Assembly (NCBI GenBank): GCA_000004985.1 | Contig: GG738897.1 | Strand: one strand, 5' to 3' | Length of the DNA stretch: 64,000 bases | Origin: Naegleria gruberi | Taxonomy: Eukaryota | In this document: positions 1-11,905 of the stretch, in pieces | How positions within the stretch are numbered: the first letter of the stretch is position 1 | Layout of the letters: every line of letters starts with the position of its first letter | The notes under the pieces: generated by a model | Database searches by the model: none | What the model saw: the letters and a program-made list of their open reading frames with translations, nothing else | What the model was told of the DNA's origin: nothing | Translations under genes and position numbers: made by a program

Positions 1-233
1 ACCAAACCCAAACCCAAACCCAAACCCAAACCCAAACCCAAACCCAAACCCAAACCCAAACCCAAACCCAAACCCAAACCCAAACCCAAACCCAAACCCA
101 AACCCAAACCCAAACCCAAACCCAAACCCAAACCCAAACCCAAACCCAAACCCAAACCCAAACCCAAACCCAAACCCAAACCCAAACCCAAACCCAAACC
201 CAAACCCAAACCCAAACCCAAACCCAAACCCAA
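1..233. repeat. Telomeric hexamer array (CCCAAA)n, about 39 perfect tandem copies; G-strand repeat is TTTGGG
   Basis: Perfect 6-bp periodicity from base 1 to 233, C-rich strand 5'->3' at the left end of the window as expected for a left telomere; the repeat stops abruptly at 'cccaattctaaaaatag'. Confidence 0.9.
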
Positions 234-300
234 TTCTAAAAATAGAATTCTTCTAAACCCAACGTTCAAACCCTAGCCCAAAATTATAAACTTATTCAAA
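234..300. repeat. Degenerate telomere-associated transition zone (variant units CTAAACCC, CAAACCCTAGCCC)
   Basis: Directly read: 'ttctaaacccaacgttcaaaccctagcccaaaa' carries C3A3-like and CCCTA(A/G)-like variants immediately internal to the perfect array. Confidence 0.4.
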
Positions 301-935
301 TATCATTAAATTTTATATCATTCGATAGCCAATGATGAGTAGAACAACGTGTTATATTTAGTTTTTCAATTTATAAAATATTAACTTTGTAAATAGTGTC
401 AGATTAAAATTTGTAAAATGAAACTATAGGAAGAATGATAATTTCAAAATCCTTTAATGAGATTATATAGTATATATCATCATTAACAACATCTATAATC
501 ACTCTCATATCAAATTTCAAAAGTTCAAGTCTGTAGATATAAAAGTATAGAGGGAAAAGGGAAGTTGTGAGGTACAATAGGTCAACAATAACTTTTGAGT
601 TTCTCATCAAAACATATTGAATCCTGACATGAAAATGTTCCATTTGATGAGTATACATCGAATATCAAATTTATTTTGACTTTCATATTTAAAGATTTCT
701 TCCCTCAACCATCATATGGTCAACTAGGTATGAAAAGGATAAAATCTTGAAAAAGAACCACTATTGAAACTTTACCAACATGATGTAGATGATCTATAAT
801 GATGTAGAGTTCAATATCATATCATAAAAATCAGAAATGGTACCGTAGGAAGATAATGGTTGACTTTATAAGGTTGACTTTAAGGAAATACAAGTCAGAC
901 CAAGTCTATCAAATACATCACTTCAATCAGCAAAA

Positions 936-3900
936 NNNNNNNNNNNNNNNNNNNNNNNNNNNNNNNNNNNNNNNNNNNNNNNNNNNNNNNNNNNNNNNNN
1001 NNNNNNNNNNNNNNNNNNNNNNNNNNNNNNNNNNNNNNNNNNNNNNNNNNNNNNNNNNNNNNNNNNNNNNNNNNNNNNNNNNNNNNNNNNNNNNNNNNNN
1101 NNNNNNNNNNNNNNNNNNNNNNNNNNNNNNNNNNNNNNNNNNNNNNNNNNNNNNNNNNNNNNNNNNNNNNNNNNNNNNNNNNNNNNNNNNNNNNNNNNNN
1201 NNNNNNNNNNNNNNNNNNNNNNNNNNNNNNNNNNNNNNNNNNNNNNNNNNNNNNNNNNNNNNNNNNNNNNNNNNNNNNNNNNNNNNNNNNNNNNNNNNNN
1301 NNNNNNNNNNNNNNNNNNNNNNNNNNNNNNNNNNNNNNNNNNNNNNNNNNNNNNNNNNNNNNNNNNNNNNNNNNNNNNNNNNNNNNNNNNNNNNNNNNNN
1401 NNNNNNNNNNNNNNNNNNNNNNNNNNNNNNNNNNNNNNNNNNNNNNNNNNNNNNNNNNNNNNNNNNNNNNNNNNNNNNNNNNNNNNNNNNNNNNNNNNNN
1501 NNNNNNNNNNNNNNNNNNNNNNNNNNNNNNNNNNNNNNNNNNNNNNNNNNNNNNNNNNNNNNNNNNNNNNNNNNNNNNNNNNNNNNNNNNNNNNNNNNNN
1601 NNNNNNNNNNNNNNNNNNNNNNNNNNNNNNNNNNNNNNNNNNNNNNNNNNNNNNNNNNNNNNNNNNNNNNNNNNNNNNNNNNNNNNNNNNNNNNNNNNNN
1701 NNNNNNNNNNNNNNNNNNNNNNNNNNNNNNNNNNNNNNNNNNNNNNNNNNNNNNNNNNNNNNNNNNNNNNNNNNNNNNNNNNNNNNNNNNNNNNNNNNNN
1801 NNNNNNNNNNNNNNNNNNNNNNNNNNNNNNNNNNNNNNNNNNNNNNNNNNNNNNNNNNNNNNNNNNNNNNNNNNNNNNNNNNNNNNNNNNNNNNNNNNNN
1901 NNNNNNNNNNNNNNNNNNNNNNNNNNNNNNNNNNNNNNNNNNNNNNNNNNNNNNNNNNNNNNNNNNNNNNNNNNNNNNNNNNNNNNNNNNNNNNNNNNNN
2001 NNNNNNNNNNNNNNNNNNNNNNNNNNNNNNNNNNNNNNNNNNNNNNNNNNNNNNNNNNNNNNNNNNNNNNNNNNNNNNNNNNNNNNNNNNNNNNNNNNNN
2101 NNNNNNNNNNNNNNNNNNNNNNNNNNNNNNNNNNNNNNNNNNNNNNNNNNNNNNNNNNNNNNNNNNNNNNNNNNNNNNNNNNNNNNNNNNNNNNNNNNNN
2201 NNNNNNNNNNNNNNNNNNNNNNNNNNNNNNNNNNNNNNNNNNNNNNNNNNNNNNNNNNNNNNNNNNNNNNNNNNNNNNNNNNNNNNNNNNNNNNNNNNNN
2301 NNNNNNNNNNNNNNNNNNNNNNNNNNNNNNNNNNNNNNNNNNNNNNNNNNNNNNNNNNNNNNNNNNNNNNNNNNNNNNNNNNNNNNNNNNNNNNNNNNNN
2401 NNNNNNNNNNNNNNNNNNNNNNNNNNNNNNNNNNNNNNNNNNNNNNNNNNNNNNNNNNNNNNNNNNNNNNNNNNNNNNNNNNNNNNNNNNNNNNNNNNNN
2501 NNNNNNNNNNNNNNNNNNNNNNNNNNNNNNNNNNNNNNNNNNNNNNNNNNNNNNNNNNNNNNNNNNNNNNNNNNNNNNNNNNNNNNNNNNNNNNNNNNNN
2601 NNNNNNNNNNNNNNNNNNNNNNNNNNNNNNNNNNNNNNNNNNNNNNNNNNNNNNNNNNNNNNNNNNNNNNNNNNNNNNNNNNNNNNNNNNNNNNNNNNNN
2701 NNNNNNNNNNNNNNNNNNNNNNNNNNNNNNNNNNNNNNNNNNNNNNNNNNNNNNNNNNNNNNNNNNNNNNNNNNNNNNNNNNNNNNNNNNNNNNNNNNNN
2801 NNNNNNNNNNNNNNNNNNNNNNNNNNNNNNNNNNNNNNNNNNNNNNNNNNNNNNNNNNNNNNNNNNNNNNNNNNNNNNNNNNNNNNNNNNNNNNNNNNNN
2901 NNNNNNNNNNNNNNNNNNNNNNNNNNNNNNNNNNNNNNNNNNNNNNNNNNNNNNNNNNNNNNNNNNNNNNNNNNNNNNNNNNNNNNNNNNNNNNNNNNNN
3001 NNNNNNNNNNNNNNNNNNNNNNNNNNNNNNNNNNNNNNNNNNNNNNNNNNNNNNNNNNNNNNNNNNNNNNNNNNNNNNNNNNNNNNNNNNNNNNNNNNNN
3101 NNNNNNNNNNNNNNNNNNNNNNNNNNNNNNNNNNNNNNNNNNNNNNNNNNNNNNNNNNNNNNNNNNNNNNNNNNNNNNNNNNNNNNNNNNNNNNNNNNNN
3201 NNNNNNNNNNNNNNNNNNNNNNNNNNNNNNNNNNNNNNNNNNNNNNNNNNNNNNNNNNNNNNNNNNNNNNNNNNNNNNNNNNNNNNNNNNNNNNNNNNNN
3301 NNNNNNNNNNNNNNNNNNNNNNNNNNNNNNNNNNNNNNNNNNNNNNNNNNNNNNNNNNNNNNNNNNNNNNNNNNNNNNNNNNNNNNNNNNNNNNNNNNNN
3401 NNNNNNNNNNNNNNNNNNNNNNNNNNNNNNNNNNNNNNNNNNNNNNNNNNNNNNNNNNNNNNNNNNNNNNNNNNNNNNNNNNNNNNNNNNNNNNNNNNNN
3501 NNNNNNNNNNNNNNNNNNNNNNNNNNNNNNNNNNNNNNNNNNNNNNNNNNNNNNNNNNNNNNNNNNNNNNNNNNNNNNNNNNNNNNNNNNNNNNNNNNNN
3601 NNNNNNNNNNNNNNNNNNNNNNNNNNNNNNNNNNNNNNNNNNNNNNNNNNNNNNNNNNNNNNNNNNNNNNNNNNNNNNNNNNNNNNNNNNNNNNNNNNNN
3701 NNNNNNNNNNNNNNNNNNNNNNNNNNNNNNNNNNNNNNNNNNNNNNNNNNNNNNNNNNNNNNNNNNNNNNNNNNNNNNNNNNNNNNNNNNNNNNNNNNNN
3801 NNNNNNNNNNNNNNNNNNNNNNNNNNNNNNNNNNNNNNNNNNNNNNNNNNNNNNNNNNNNNNNNNNNNNNNNNNNNNNNNNNNNNNNNNNNNNNNNNNNN

Positions 3901-3965
3901 NNNNNNNNNNNNNNNNNNNNNNNNNNNNNNNNNNNNNNNNNNNNNNNNNNNNNNNNNNNNNNNNN
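936..3965. other. Assembly gap (3,030 N)
   Basis: Uninterrupted run of n; the 1145-aa, 1036-aa and 1015-aa ORFs crossing it in the ORF track are translation artefacts (poly-X). Confidence 1.
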
Positions 3966-4293
3966 ATTATCCAATAATAATAATTTAAATAATTATGCAA
4001 ATAATAATTATAATAATTGTAACAACAATACAAACAATGGTCCTATTAACCTCCATAACAACACGATGATGAGTGTGTTGCATCATGTCAATAATATGAT
4101 CGACAATGAAATGGATTTCGAATTAAAAATGATGATTAACAAATTAATGGATAAATTAAACCAAACAGAGGAAAAAAACACTTTATTGAAATTAATTGGT
4201 TCAACCAGGAATTTACATTATAGAACCCCAGGTAATTCCGAGAAAAACTCAAAATTGAAAGAATTACTATTCAAACTTCTTAATGATGAATAA
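3966..4293 (+). CDS. 3' end of a gene truncated by the gap; Asn-rich low-complexity protein, C-terminal about 108 aa
   Basis: Open frame entering from the N-run and ending at TAA 4291-4293 (…NNTMMSVLHHVNNMIDNEMDFELKMMINKLMDKLNQTEEK…); AT-rich 3' flank. No recognisable domain. Confidence 0.4.
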
Positions 4294-5742
4294 TTAATTT
4301 TTTAATAAAAAATTTCGTAAAAATGTGATTTTTTGCCTGACGATTTTTACCAAATTTTTGTTTAAATGTAAGGTAATGGATTTGTAAAATCTATATTGCC
4401 TAAAATATGATCAGAAGCCATGGTTTGAACCATGTAATGTACAGGAGAAAGTTCAGAAGCAATGAATGAAAATACATTATCACTGACTTTGGAAACTAAA
4501 CTGGCAGAATTCATTAATTGCTTGATTGGATCCAATGTAAGAAGCTAACCAAACTGAAACAGAACAACAAACTATCAAACAAATCATGATGAATATGATT
4601 AAAATTCTCAATGAGCAACATCCTGAACAGCATGTCTTTCTTCTTGTTTTACCCTCAAGCAAAACCTTTCAAAATTCAGCTTAGTTTTACTATTATTCTA
4701 AACTAAACTTACCTGCTTGTCATTATCTGTTGGTTGGATTTTGTTCATATTTTTTTTGTCTTTAGATAATAAATTTCATACTAAAACATAGAGAATTGAC
4801 TTGCTTGATATCTTGTGAAGTCTGTAATCTACAAAGAGATATTTGAAAACCAACTCAATAGTCTGCCTCATTACAATAAGTTAGCATCGGCAGTTGAAAT
4901 GACACTTAACAACTTATTGAAATATACAATGCCATGAACAATCATTAAATTATTAAATAAGGAAGATGACAGACCATATTTAGATTGAATGAAACATCAG
5001 CTGAAATCAAATGTTTCCTCTTTTTCATCATTTTCATCTCCATAGTAAAATATTTTCTAAATACTTATCCAATGTCAAAACTCCTCCACCTCCAAGCATT
5101 ATTCTCAAGAATAGCTCAAATTGAATATTCCCCTTAATGAGAAATAATAAATCATCTATAAATTCTAATCAATTGAAGGATTTTTTGTTGTCCACCAGTG
5201 GAATGAAGAATCCGTCAATAGTAGAATAGTAATTTTATTAATCATCAAGTAAATTTCAAATCAACAAACACATCTCGGGTGTTGTTAGAACAGGTTAGTT
5301 TGATGTTCTAATAGTATTTAAATAGTATTCCTCAAGTTTACTCTTTGAAATTATTTTTAATTTGGCTCAAAGTTGATTTTTCATCAAAACCATCAAAATC
5401 GGCACATCTACTTGGTCATCACAAAAACCATCAATTTGAGATTGTTCAGAATGGTCAATAGTATGTGTGTGGTGAATCTTGGAGATTGGATTTTTGTCTT
5501 CATCGGAATTCAGTGCCGATTCCAAGATTATTTTCGACCATACCTCATCAGTACTTTACCAAATCAAAAAGTTTTATATACCATCTTTCAATAGTATGTC
5601 ATTGTCATGGTGGAGTTTCGTCGTCAATAACCACACATGACATGGAAATGCTCCAATAGGTTCGGAGAATCATCCCAGGTTTTATACCTTAATAAAAGTA
5701 TTCTTTTCACCTCTAACACTTTTTTAAAAAAAATTCTCCAAA

Positions 5743-6809
5743 TGTCTTTACTTGAAGAAGGGGCATCATGTGGTGCCGTTAGGAATAGTATTAGTTGTTT
5801 ACCCTTCGAAATGGTTCTTAACATCTTGAAATATTGGCACATAGTTGAGGCGCTTCCTAAGAAACAAGTTTGCAAATCATGGAATAGTATAATTGATGAA
5901 ATATTCACTTTTTATCCAACATCAAGACACCCTTATGGTCTTTCCATTAAAAATCATTTTCTAATGTTGGATCTCGAGGAAGAAGATAGAAAGGATTTTT
6001 CTTGGGATCGAATGATCCTTAATTTTCTAGAACATGTCGTTCCAAAAGATTGTGGTGTTCTAACAATTGTATTAAGGGTAGAAGAGGGTGAGGTTCTTTG
6101 TGAAGGTTTCCAAACTCAAATGTCAAGAGCAGCTAAGGAGTATGATGTGAGAGGGTACATCCAAACATCCTATCACGATATTACAAATAATGATTGTAAG
6201 AAAGTGTTTGATGTTTGTTGCCAAGGAATACCAACAGTGCTTGTTTATCTCTTGGAATGCATTCATGGAATTCAAGGGGTGCTATTAATTGATTGTAATT
6301 TTGTTTACAGATCAACAATCAGTTCTAAATTTATTATCAAACCAACACTAATGACCGATATTACAACATGCAAGAGAGAAGTCATATCAGTGAATGATGA
6401 TGGGCCAGTATGCAACGAAACCGTTATTACTTCAATTGAATCAGTATTCTCTTTAAATACTTTTACTATTTCTAAGGCTAATCTTGCTCACATTAAGGTG
6501 GAAGGTATGCTCCCAGTATTTCTTCTCACAGTTATAAATACACGCAATTGTCCACCACTTATCATTCAAGTACTTTCTTTATATATGTATCAGGAATTCA
6601 GAGCATCAGTATGTGAAATCATTTGTGATATAGCTTTTACAAGTTTTCCTAAATTATTACTCCCAGTTCTTAACAACCCAAAAAGAGGTGCTGAACCTAG
6701 TAAGTCATCTGAAGAAACTTTTTGGAGCGAGTTTATAGAGGTTTGTTCCAGGTTTTTGCAAAATAATCAAAGAGCTAGACATATAGTTCTTTGCTCCTCT
6801 ATTAAATAA
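5743..6809 (+). CDS. F-box domain protein
   Basis: Motif LPFEMVLNILKYWHIVEALPKKQVCKSWNSII near the N-terminus fits the F-box consensus (LPxEil..Il.yL…VCk.W). The ORF track starts at 5637, but the stretch before 5743 reads through a T8/A8 tract typical of 5' UTR, so ATG 5743 (MSLLEEG…) is preferred. Stop at 6807-6809. Confidence 0.5.
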
Positions 6810-7052
6810 TGTGATGAAAGACATTTTACAAGAACCATGCCTCTTGTGTTATCATATAGTGGAAGCATCATCCTCAAGTTGATCCAATAAATATTATTTC
6901 CGTTCAGAATTAATTTACATGAAGTGTTATCAGCTTTTTCAAATGACCTATAAGTTTCACTCCTTTAGATGTAATAGTGCCATGGTAGATATTGAGGTGT
7001 TGCAATTCTGTTAATTGAATGATGCTTTCTAATTGCTCATCGTCAATGGAAT

Positions 7053-7814
7053 TTAAATTATTAATTTACAAATTGCTTGAACTCCTTCTAAATCAATGGT
7101 ATTATTATGAATATCTAAAGTTCTCAAATTTCTCAACCCATTTCCAATAAATTTGGCTCCTAATGAACTAATATTATTTTGTCCAATAGAAAGAAAAGTC
7201 AGCGAATCCATACTACTTATTAATTGAGCTCCTTCCGCTGTTATATCATTCAGAGTTGCTAATCCAATTGGCTCCTTCACCACCAATGGTATTTGGTTAA
7301 TAAATAATTCAGGTAAATTGTGTAATTCACTGATATATTGAGCACCCTCCATGGTAATATAATTACATCTTAAATCAAGAGCCGTTAATTGTTTCATTTC
7401 GCTGAGAGCCTTCGTCTCGGCTGTGCCAATTTTGTTTGGACCAATACCCAAATTGGTTATATTTTTCATTGATACTAGAGATTTGATTCCTTCAAGATTG
7501 AAATCATTAGCAAAGCATCTCAATTTTGTTAAATTTTTCATCCCACTAATTATTTTAATTCGATTATTATCAATCGAGTTGAAACTTATATCAAGTGCTA
7601 TTAATTGATCCATTTCATCATTTCCATGATTTCTATTAAAGCAAATGTCCAAACCAGTCAAATTTCTCATCATTTTCAAACATTTCCAATAATTTTCAAC
7701 CGAAACTTGTTCCGTACGAATTAATAACCTCACAATTCGTCCCAGAAATCTACTATTCATCAATAAACAAATCTTTTCATCATTGTTTTTTAAACTTGAT
7801 AGACAATTCTGCAC
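7053..7814 (-). CDS. Leucine-rich-repeat protein, probably the LRR part of an F-box/LRR protein (upstream F-box-like mini-ORF 7957..7841 is out of frame by 1 nt)
   Basis: At least 8 tandem about 24-residue LRR units (LTxLdIxxNxIgxeGaxxIsxlxxL). Upstream minus-strand ATG at 7957 encodes MSNKKEGWNSIQIFSDDICYEICSFLNSWFILNNLSLI* with an F-box-like pattern; it overlaps the start of the LRR frame across a homopolymer-rich stretch (aataatttatctttaatttaaaac). This implies a 1-nt frameshift (sequence error or pseudogene) or a non-canonical intron. Confidence 0.5.
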   Translation of the reverse strand: MQNCLSSLKNNDEKICLLMNSRFLGRIVRLLIRTEQVSVENYWKCLKMMRNLTGLDICFNRNHGNDEMDQLIALDISFNSIDNNRIKIISGMKNLTKLRCFANDFNLEGIKSLVSMKNITNLGIGPNKIGTAETKALSEMKQLTALDLRCNYITMEGAQYISELHNLPELFINQIPLVVKEPIGLATLNDITAEGAQLISSMDSLTFLSIGQNNISSLGAKFIGNGLRNLRTLDIHNNTIDLEGVQAICKLII

Positions 7815-8541
7815 GTTCCGAAATAATTTGCAAAATTGTTTTAAATTAAAGATAAATTATTCAAAATAAACCAAGAATTTAGAAATGAACAAATTTCGTA
7901 ACAAATATCATCAGAAAATATTTGAATAGAATTCCATCCCTCCTTCTTGTTGCTCATTTTTTTTTAATAAATTAATAAATTACAAAATATCACAAAATAT
8001 GAAAGATTATTTAATACCTTCTCATACCCAAATTTAACAACTATTCGATCATTCCGATAATAATTAATCTAACTATTCAAACTCTAATAACAATTTCCAG
8101 AAAAAATCACAACCTTCTCAACCAAGTAACTTCTTCTTCCGACATAAAAAACCAACATCAATTCATTAATCCTCCAAAAAAGCTGACCTACCACCACATA
8201 ATAGTCCACGGTCGTGCAATCATTCAATTTTTTGATTATTATAAATGTAATTCATTTCTCATCATTTGATCTGAATGTTCCATTTCAATCATGTTTTGGC
8301 GCCAAAACGGAAATGACTTTCTGAAAAAAAATAGGACCATGAAACAGAGCTTAGATGATGCGCCACTAGAACCACACCAAGAGTCCATCATTGAATTTGT
8401 GATTGTCAAAGGAGCCTTTTTTGAAAAAATTAAGACAACATCAAATAGACTGTGTAACCATTCATCTTTTTGCATCACTTGGTGATTCTACACAAGCAAT
8501 ATTTAACAATAAGCAAGGAATAATAATAATTAACAATAATA

Positions 8542-10080
8542 ATGGATGTGTCTTCACCGCCAATGAGTGGCAACAATCTAATAGATCATAATCATACTAA
8601 CACTAACACCAATCAAACAGCTAGTTTTCAAACAACTTCTACCTCTCCAATTACACAACCAGTAGCATCACCCGAAAATCAAACAATTACTTCATCAACA
8701 GGAACCAAGAAAGTCACCATAACATCACCAGCACTAACTACAACAAAACAATCTCAGCAGCAGCATGGTTTTGCCCCAAGTGAAAGTGGAAAATCAGGAA
8801 GTTCGTTTAGTCATAGTAAACTAATGTTACGAACATGTTGTGGTGTGGTAGAGTTGACTTCAATGAAATTAGCATGTTTAGCCGGAATGGTGGTAACAGT
8901 GTTTGGTTTGTTGGTTTTAGCAGCTATTTCTATTGCTTCTTTCGTTATGGCCACAAATAAGTCAACAGATATTTTAATTAATATTGGACGTGCAAGCTAT
9001 CTCTTTGAAAGTTCAAATGCTTTTGTTGTAAAGTATGTCTTTACTAGTACTCCAAATAATGGGGCTAAGTTTGTTGAAGCTCAGCTTTTGTACTATAATT
9101 TCACTAATGAAATGGGGGATATTGTGGCGGATATTGTAGGACAGTTGAATGAACCATCTCTGAAATCTTTAATTAATGCCACATCCGTTGAAGCAATTAA
9201 ACTTTTACAAAAGGAGAATTCTCAAATATTAGTCCAGTTCAATTTAGGACAAGCACAAGATGTATATGCTAGATTGAACTCTGACACTTACAATGACATT
9301 CTCTCCAAGTTCAAGAGTGGATTGGATGGTTTAGTTTCTTTTATTCAGGATAAGGAAAAGGAAAAGGATACTCAAGTGTTGGCAATTACATCTGTTCAAT
9401 TGATTGTTATTGTAATATCACTATTTGTAGTATTACCCATCATTGTATTTGTATTTACCTTTGCTATTAATCGTGACTCATTATATTTGGAAAAGATCCG
9501 TCGTGCCAATGCTATCATGTTAATAGACACAATGGAAGATGATGGACTGAGAGCTGTATTCAAGATACATTGTGAAAAGGAAAAGTCTAGTGAAAATTAT
9601 TTGCTTCTGGAAAAGATTCAATATTATAGATCATTGTGTGAACGTTCCTTAGAACTGCAAGCAAAACTATTCCGAGACGATCCAAACAGCGATAGTTCAA
9701 GTGATATTTCAGAATCAGCTCATCCTGCAAAGAAAAAGAAGGAATCTTCTCTCGAAAGAGAATATAATGAATTGGAAGTTAAAAAGTATGAAGTTGCTTT
9801 TGAAATATTTACTGAATTCTTGGAAGTTACTGGCGTTATGTCAGTAAATATTTCACACTTGCTGGTTAATGCTGTTAAGGATAAATTGGACAAGTATAAT
9901 GATAAGCAAATTGATAGTCTTCCAGAGGATATGTTCAATGTTTTGGAAAAGGAAACATGTCTTGTAATGATGGATACTCACCACAGATTCAAGCAATCTC
10001 TTGCTTTCCAACGTGAAATGAAGATTGACAAGATTAAAATTGACCAGCTCAAGAAGAAGAAGGAAACAGACGATTTTTAA
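8542..10080 (+). CDS. Two-pass membrane protein with a C-terminal RGS (regulator of G-protein signalling) domain
   Basis: Two hydrophobic helices (LACLAGMVVTVFGLLVLAAISIASFVMA; LAITSVQLIVIVISLFVVLPIIVFVFTFAI), then LRAVFKIHCEKEKSSENYLLLEKIQYYRS … YEVAFEIFTEFLEVTGVMSVNISHLLVNAVKDKL … MFNVLEKETCLVMMDTHHRFKQSLAF. This matches the RGS consensus (F..FL..E.s.EN..F……Y… I…fl……vNi……f…a…vy.lm…..rF..S). Confidence 0.55.
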   Translation: MDVSSPPMSGNNLIDHNHTNTNTNQTASFQTTSTSPITQPVASPENQTITSSTGTKKVTITSPALTTTKQSQQQHGFAPSESGKSGSSFSHSKLMLRTCCGVVELTSMKLACLAGMVVTVFGLLVLAAISIASFVMATNKSTDILINIGRASYLFESSNAFVVKYVFTSTPNNGAKFVEAQLLYYNFTNEMGDIVADIVGQLNEPSLKSLINATSVEAIKLLQKENSQILVQFNLGQAQDVYARLNSDTYNDILSKFKSGLDGLVSFIQDKEKEKDTQVLAITSVQLIVIVISLFVVLPIIVFVFTFAINRDSLYLEKIRRANAIMLIDTMEDDGLRAVFKIHCEKEKSSENYLLLEKIQYYRSLCERSLELQAKLFRDDPNSDSSSDISESAHPAKKKKESSLEREYNELEVKKYEVAFEIFTEFLEVTGVMSVNISHLLVNAVKDKLDKYNDKQIDSLPEDMFNVLEKETCLVMMDTHHRFKQSLAFQREMKIDKIKIDQLKKKKETDDF

Positions 10081-10198
10081 ATCTGTGTAGATAGATTTGT
10101 TGCATTACATTACCAATTATTCAAATCGGATTTGAATAAACTCTGAACAAGTCAAGTATTGACTTTCCAATAATTTTAACATTTTACAATTTAAAAAA

Positions 10199-11848
10199 AT
10201 GTTAACACAACGAGCACGAAATATTCTCATCACAATATTACTTTTAAATTTCATCTTTCTTCTCACATACTCTATATACCTTTCTAAAAAGCAGTCCAAG
10301 TTTAAACTTTCGAATAATAATACGAAATTAATGACATACTCGGAGGCAGGAATATCAGAAGTATTGTGTTTTACCACACATACTCATAGACGAATAGAAT
10401 ACTTTGCACCCGATGAATTGGATATAATTACACCAAACTCTCCACAATCTCTCATAGCTGACCCTTACAAAATTTGTATTGTTTCTAATATGTGTATTGA
10501 CAGTAGTGGAAAGGTCCATGTTTTTCTTCCTGACACAAGTGATGTTCCCAATTTACATGCAAGCAATCCATTCTTCACTTCTGATAGAGATTTTATTCGA
10601 AAGCTACTAATGGACCATCCAATTAATGGAGTTCCACGTTTTCCAATACCAAGTCGTGTAGAAGTTAGAGATATTACATTGAACGAATTTCAAAACTTGG
10701 AAACCAAGAAATCAAATCATCAGTTTCGAATGACTTCCAAGTGGATTTCTCTTCATGCTCCACTTTTTTGGTCGAATTATTATCACACAATTATTGATGG
10801 ATTTTACAAAGTTTTTGTGTTATTGAGACAGGTTTCACATGTGATGGAATATGTCTCGAGTTTTGGAGCCAAATCAACTAGAGTTTCTCCAACGTTTTCC
10901 TATGATTCAATGGCTGATATTCTCACAAAGAAAGATTATGAATTATTCATCTTGACAAAGAGTCCTAAATTTCCAAATTGGGTCAACCGAGTTGTAAATA
11001 CTACTGAGAAGGCATTTGTTCAACCAGTGATTGCGGATATTGGAAATGGAGAGGATTCATATACATGCTCATCGAAAGGAGTTATTGGAATTTCATTTTC
11101 ACATTATAGAAATTTATTTTACACATTTGAATCACGTGTTGTTCCAAGACCTCCAAAGGAAGCCATCTTAATGACCAATCAATACTTTTCATTTATCAAA
11201 CAATCATATGGATATTCGAATGAAAAGAGAAAGAATCCGAAACTTAATATTTTACTGATTCGTAGAGTGAAAAACAGAGTCATTACAAATTTGGATGAAA
11301 TTTACAAAACATTGAAAATTAATTATGGAGATGTTTGTGAAATACAAATTAGGGAAAATTTCAAACATTCATTTGATGAACAAATTGCTTACCATCAATG
11401 GGCAGATGTCATTATTGTTTCACATGGAGCTGATGAGACGAATACTTTCTTGACAAGAGAAGGAACAGTAATAATTGAAGTAGAAAGTCCTCAGCATTAT
11501 GAGCCATACTTTCCAGTTTATGCTCATTTATTGAAATTGAGACATTACATGTTCAGAGGAAGTGGAGGAGATAAGAATTCGAATAGAATAGTAGATATTG
11601 ATGCATTTGTTAAATTTTTTGAAGCTGCATTATGTTATGGAGATTCATTTATTGGAAATGAGAGGATAAAACAAAATTCTGTTGATTCTGGATTTTGTAA
11701 ACGAATCAAATTGGAAAACAAATACAGTGAAACAGATGTGAAAGAATTATTATCAAATAGAATGAACATTTTTGAGAGATTTGACACAGATCAAAGTTTA
11801 ACTGAAATTAAGGGAGAATATTTGATTGGATGTTGTCTAAATGAATAA
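10199..11848 (+). CDS. Type II membrane glycosyltransferase, GT61/DUF563-like
   Basis: N-terminal signal anchor (ILITILLLNFIFLLTYSIYL). C-terminal motif ADVIIVSHGADETNTFLTREGTVIIEV resembles the GT61 (EOGT/xylosyltransferase) block x-HGAGLTN-x-F-x-x-G-x-vvEl. Luminal domain of about 500 aa. Confidence 0.45.
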   Translation: MLTQRARNILITILLLNFIFLLTYSIYLSKKQSKFKLSNNNTKLMTYSEAGISEVLCFTTHTHRRIEYFAPDELDIITPNSPQSLIADPYKICIVSNMCIDSSGKVHVFLPDTSDVPNLHASNPFFTSDRDFIRKLLMDHPINGVPRFPIPSRVEVRDITLNEFQNLETKKSNHQFRMTSKWISLHAPLFWSNYYHTIIDGFYKVFVLLRQVSHVMEYVSSFGAKSTRVSPTFSYDSMADILTKKDYELFILTKSPKFPNWVNRVVNTTEKAFVQPVIADIGNGEDSYTCSSKGVIGISFSHYRNLFYTFESRVVPRPPKEAILMTNQYFSFIKQSYGYSNEKRKNPKLNILLIRRVKNRVITNLDEIYKTLKINYGDVCEIQIRENFKHSFDEQIAYHQWADVIIVSHGADETNTFLTREGTVIIEVESPQHYEPYFPVYAHLLKLRHYMFRGSGGDKNSNRIVDIDAFVKFFEAALCYGDSFIGNERIKQNSVDSGFCKRIKLENKYSETDVKELLSNRMNIFERFDTDQSLTEIKGEYLIGCCLNE

Positions 11849-11905
11849 TCTACTATTGGAGACATCATAAGATTAAAGTTGCCATTTTGGAAGAAATCAA
11901 ACTAT

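Noticed and set aside
1-233. Ciliate origin (Paramecium-type C3A3/G3T3 telomere repeat)
   Set aside because: All long ORFs, including beta-tubulin and serpin, are read with TAA/TAG/TGA as stops and terminate at TAA. A ciliate nuclear code would give in-frame TAA/TAG glutamine codons, which are not seen.
856-4293. Very long ORFs (1145, 1036, 1015 aa) on both strands
   Set aside because: They are runs of X produced by translating the 3,030-N assembly gap; only the last about 108 codons (3966..4293, + strand) are real sequence.
4300-5630. Possible additional gene between the first gene fragment and the F-box gene
   Set aside because: Only short ORFs (60-94 aa) with no coherent exon chain, GTAAGT donors or recognisable motifs; left unannotated.
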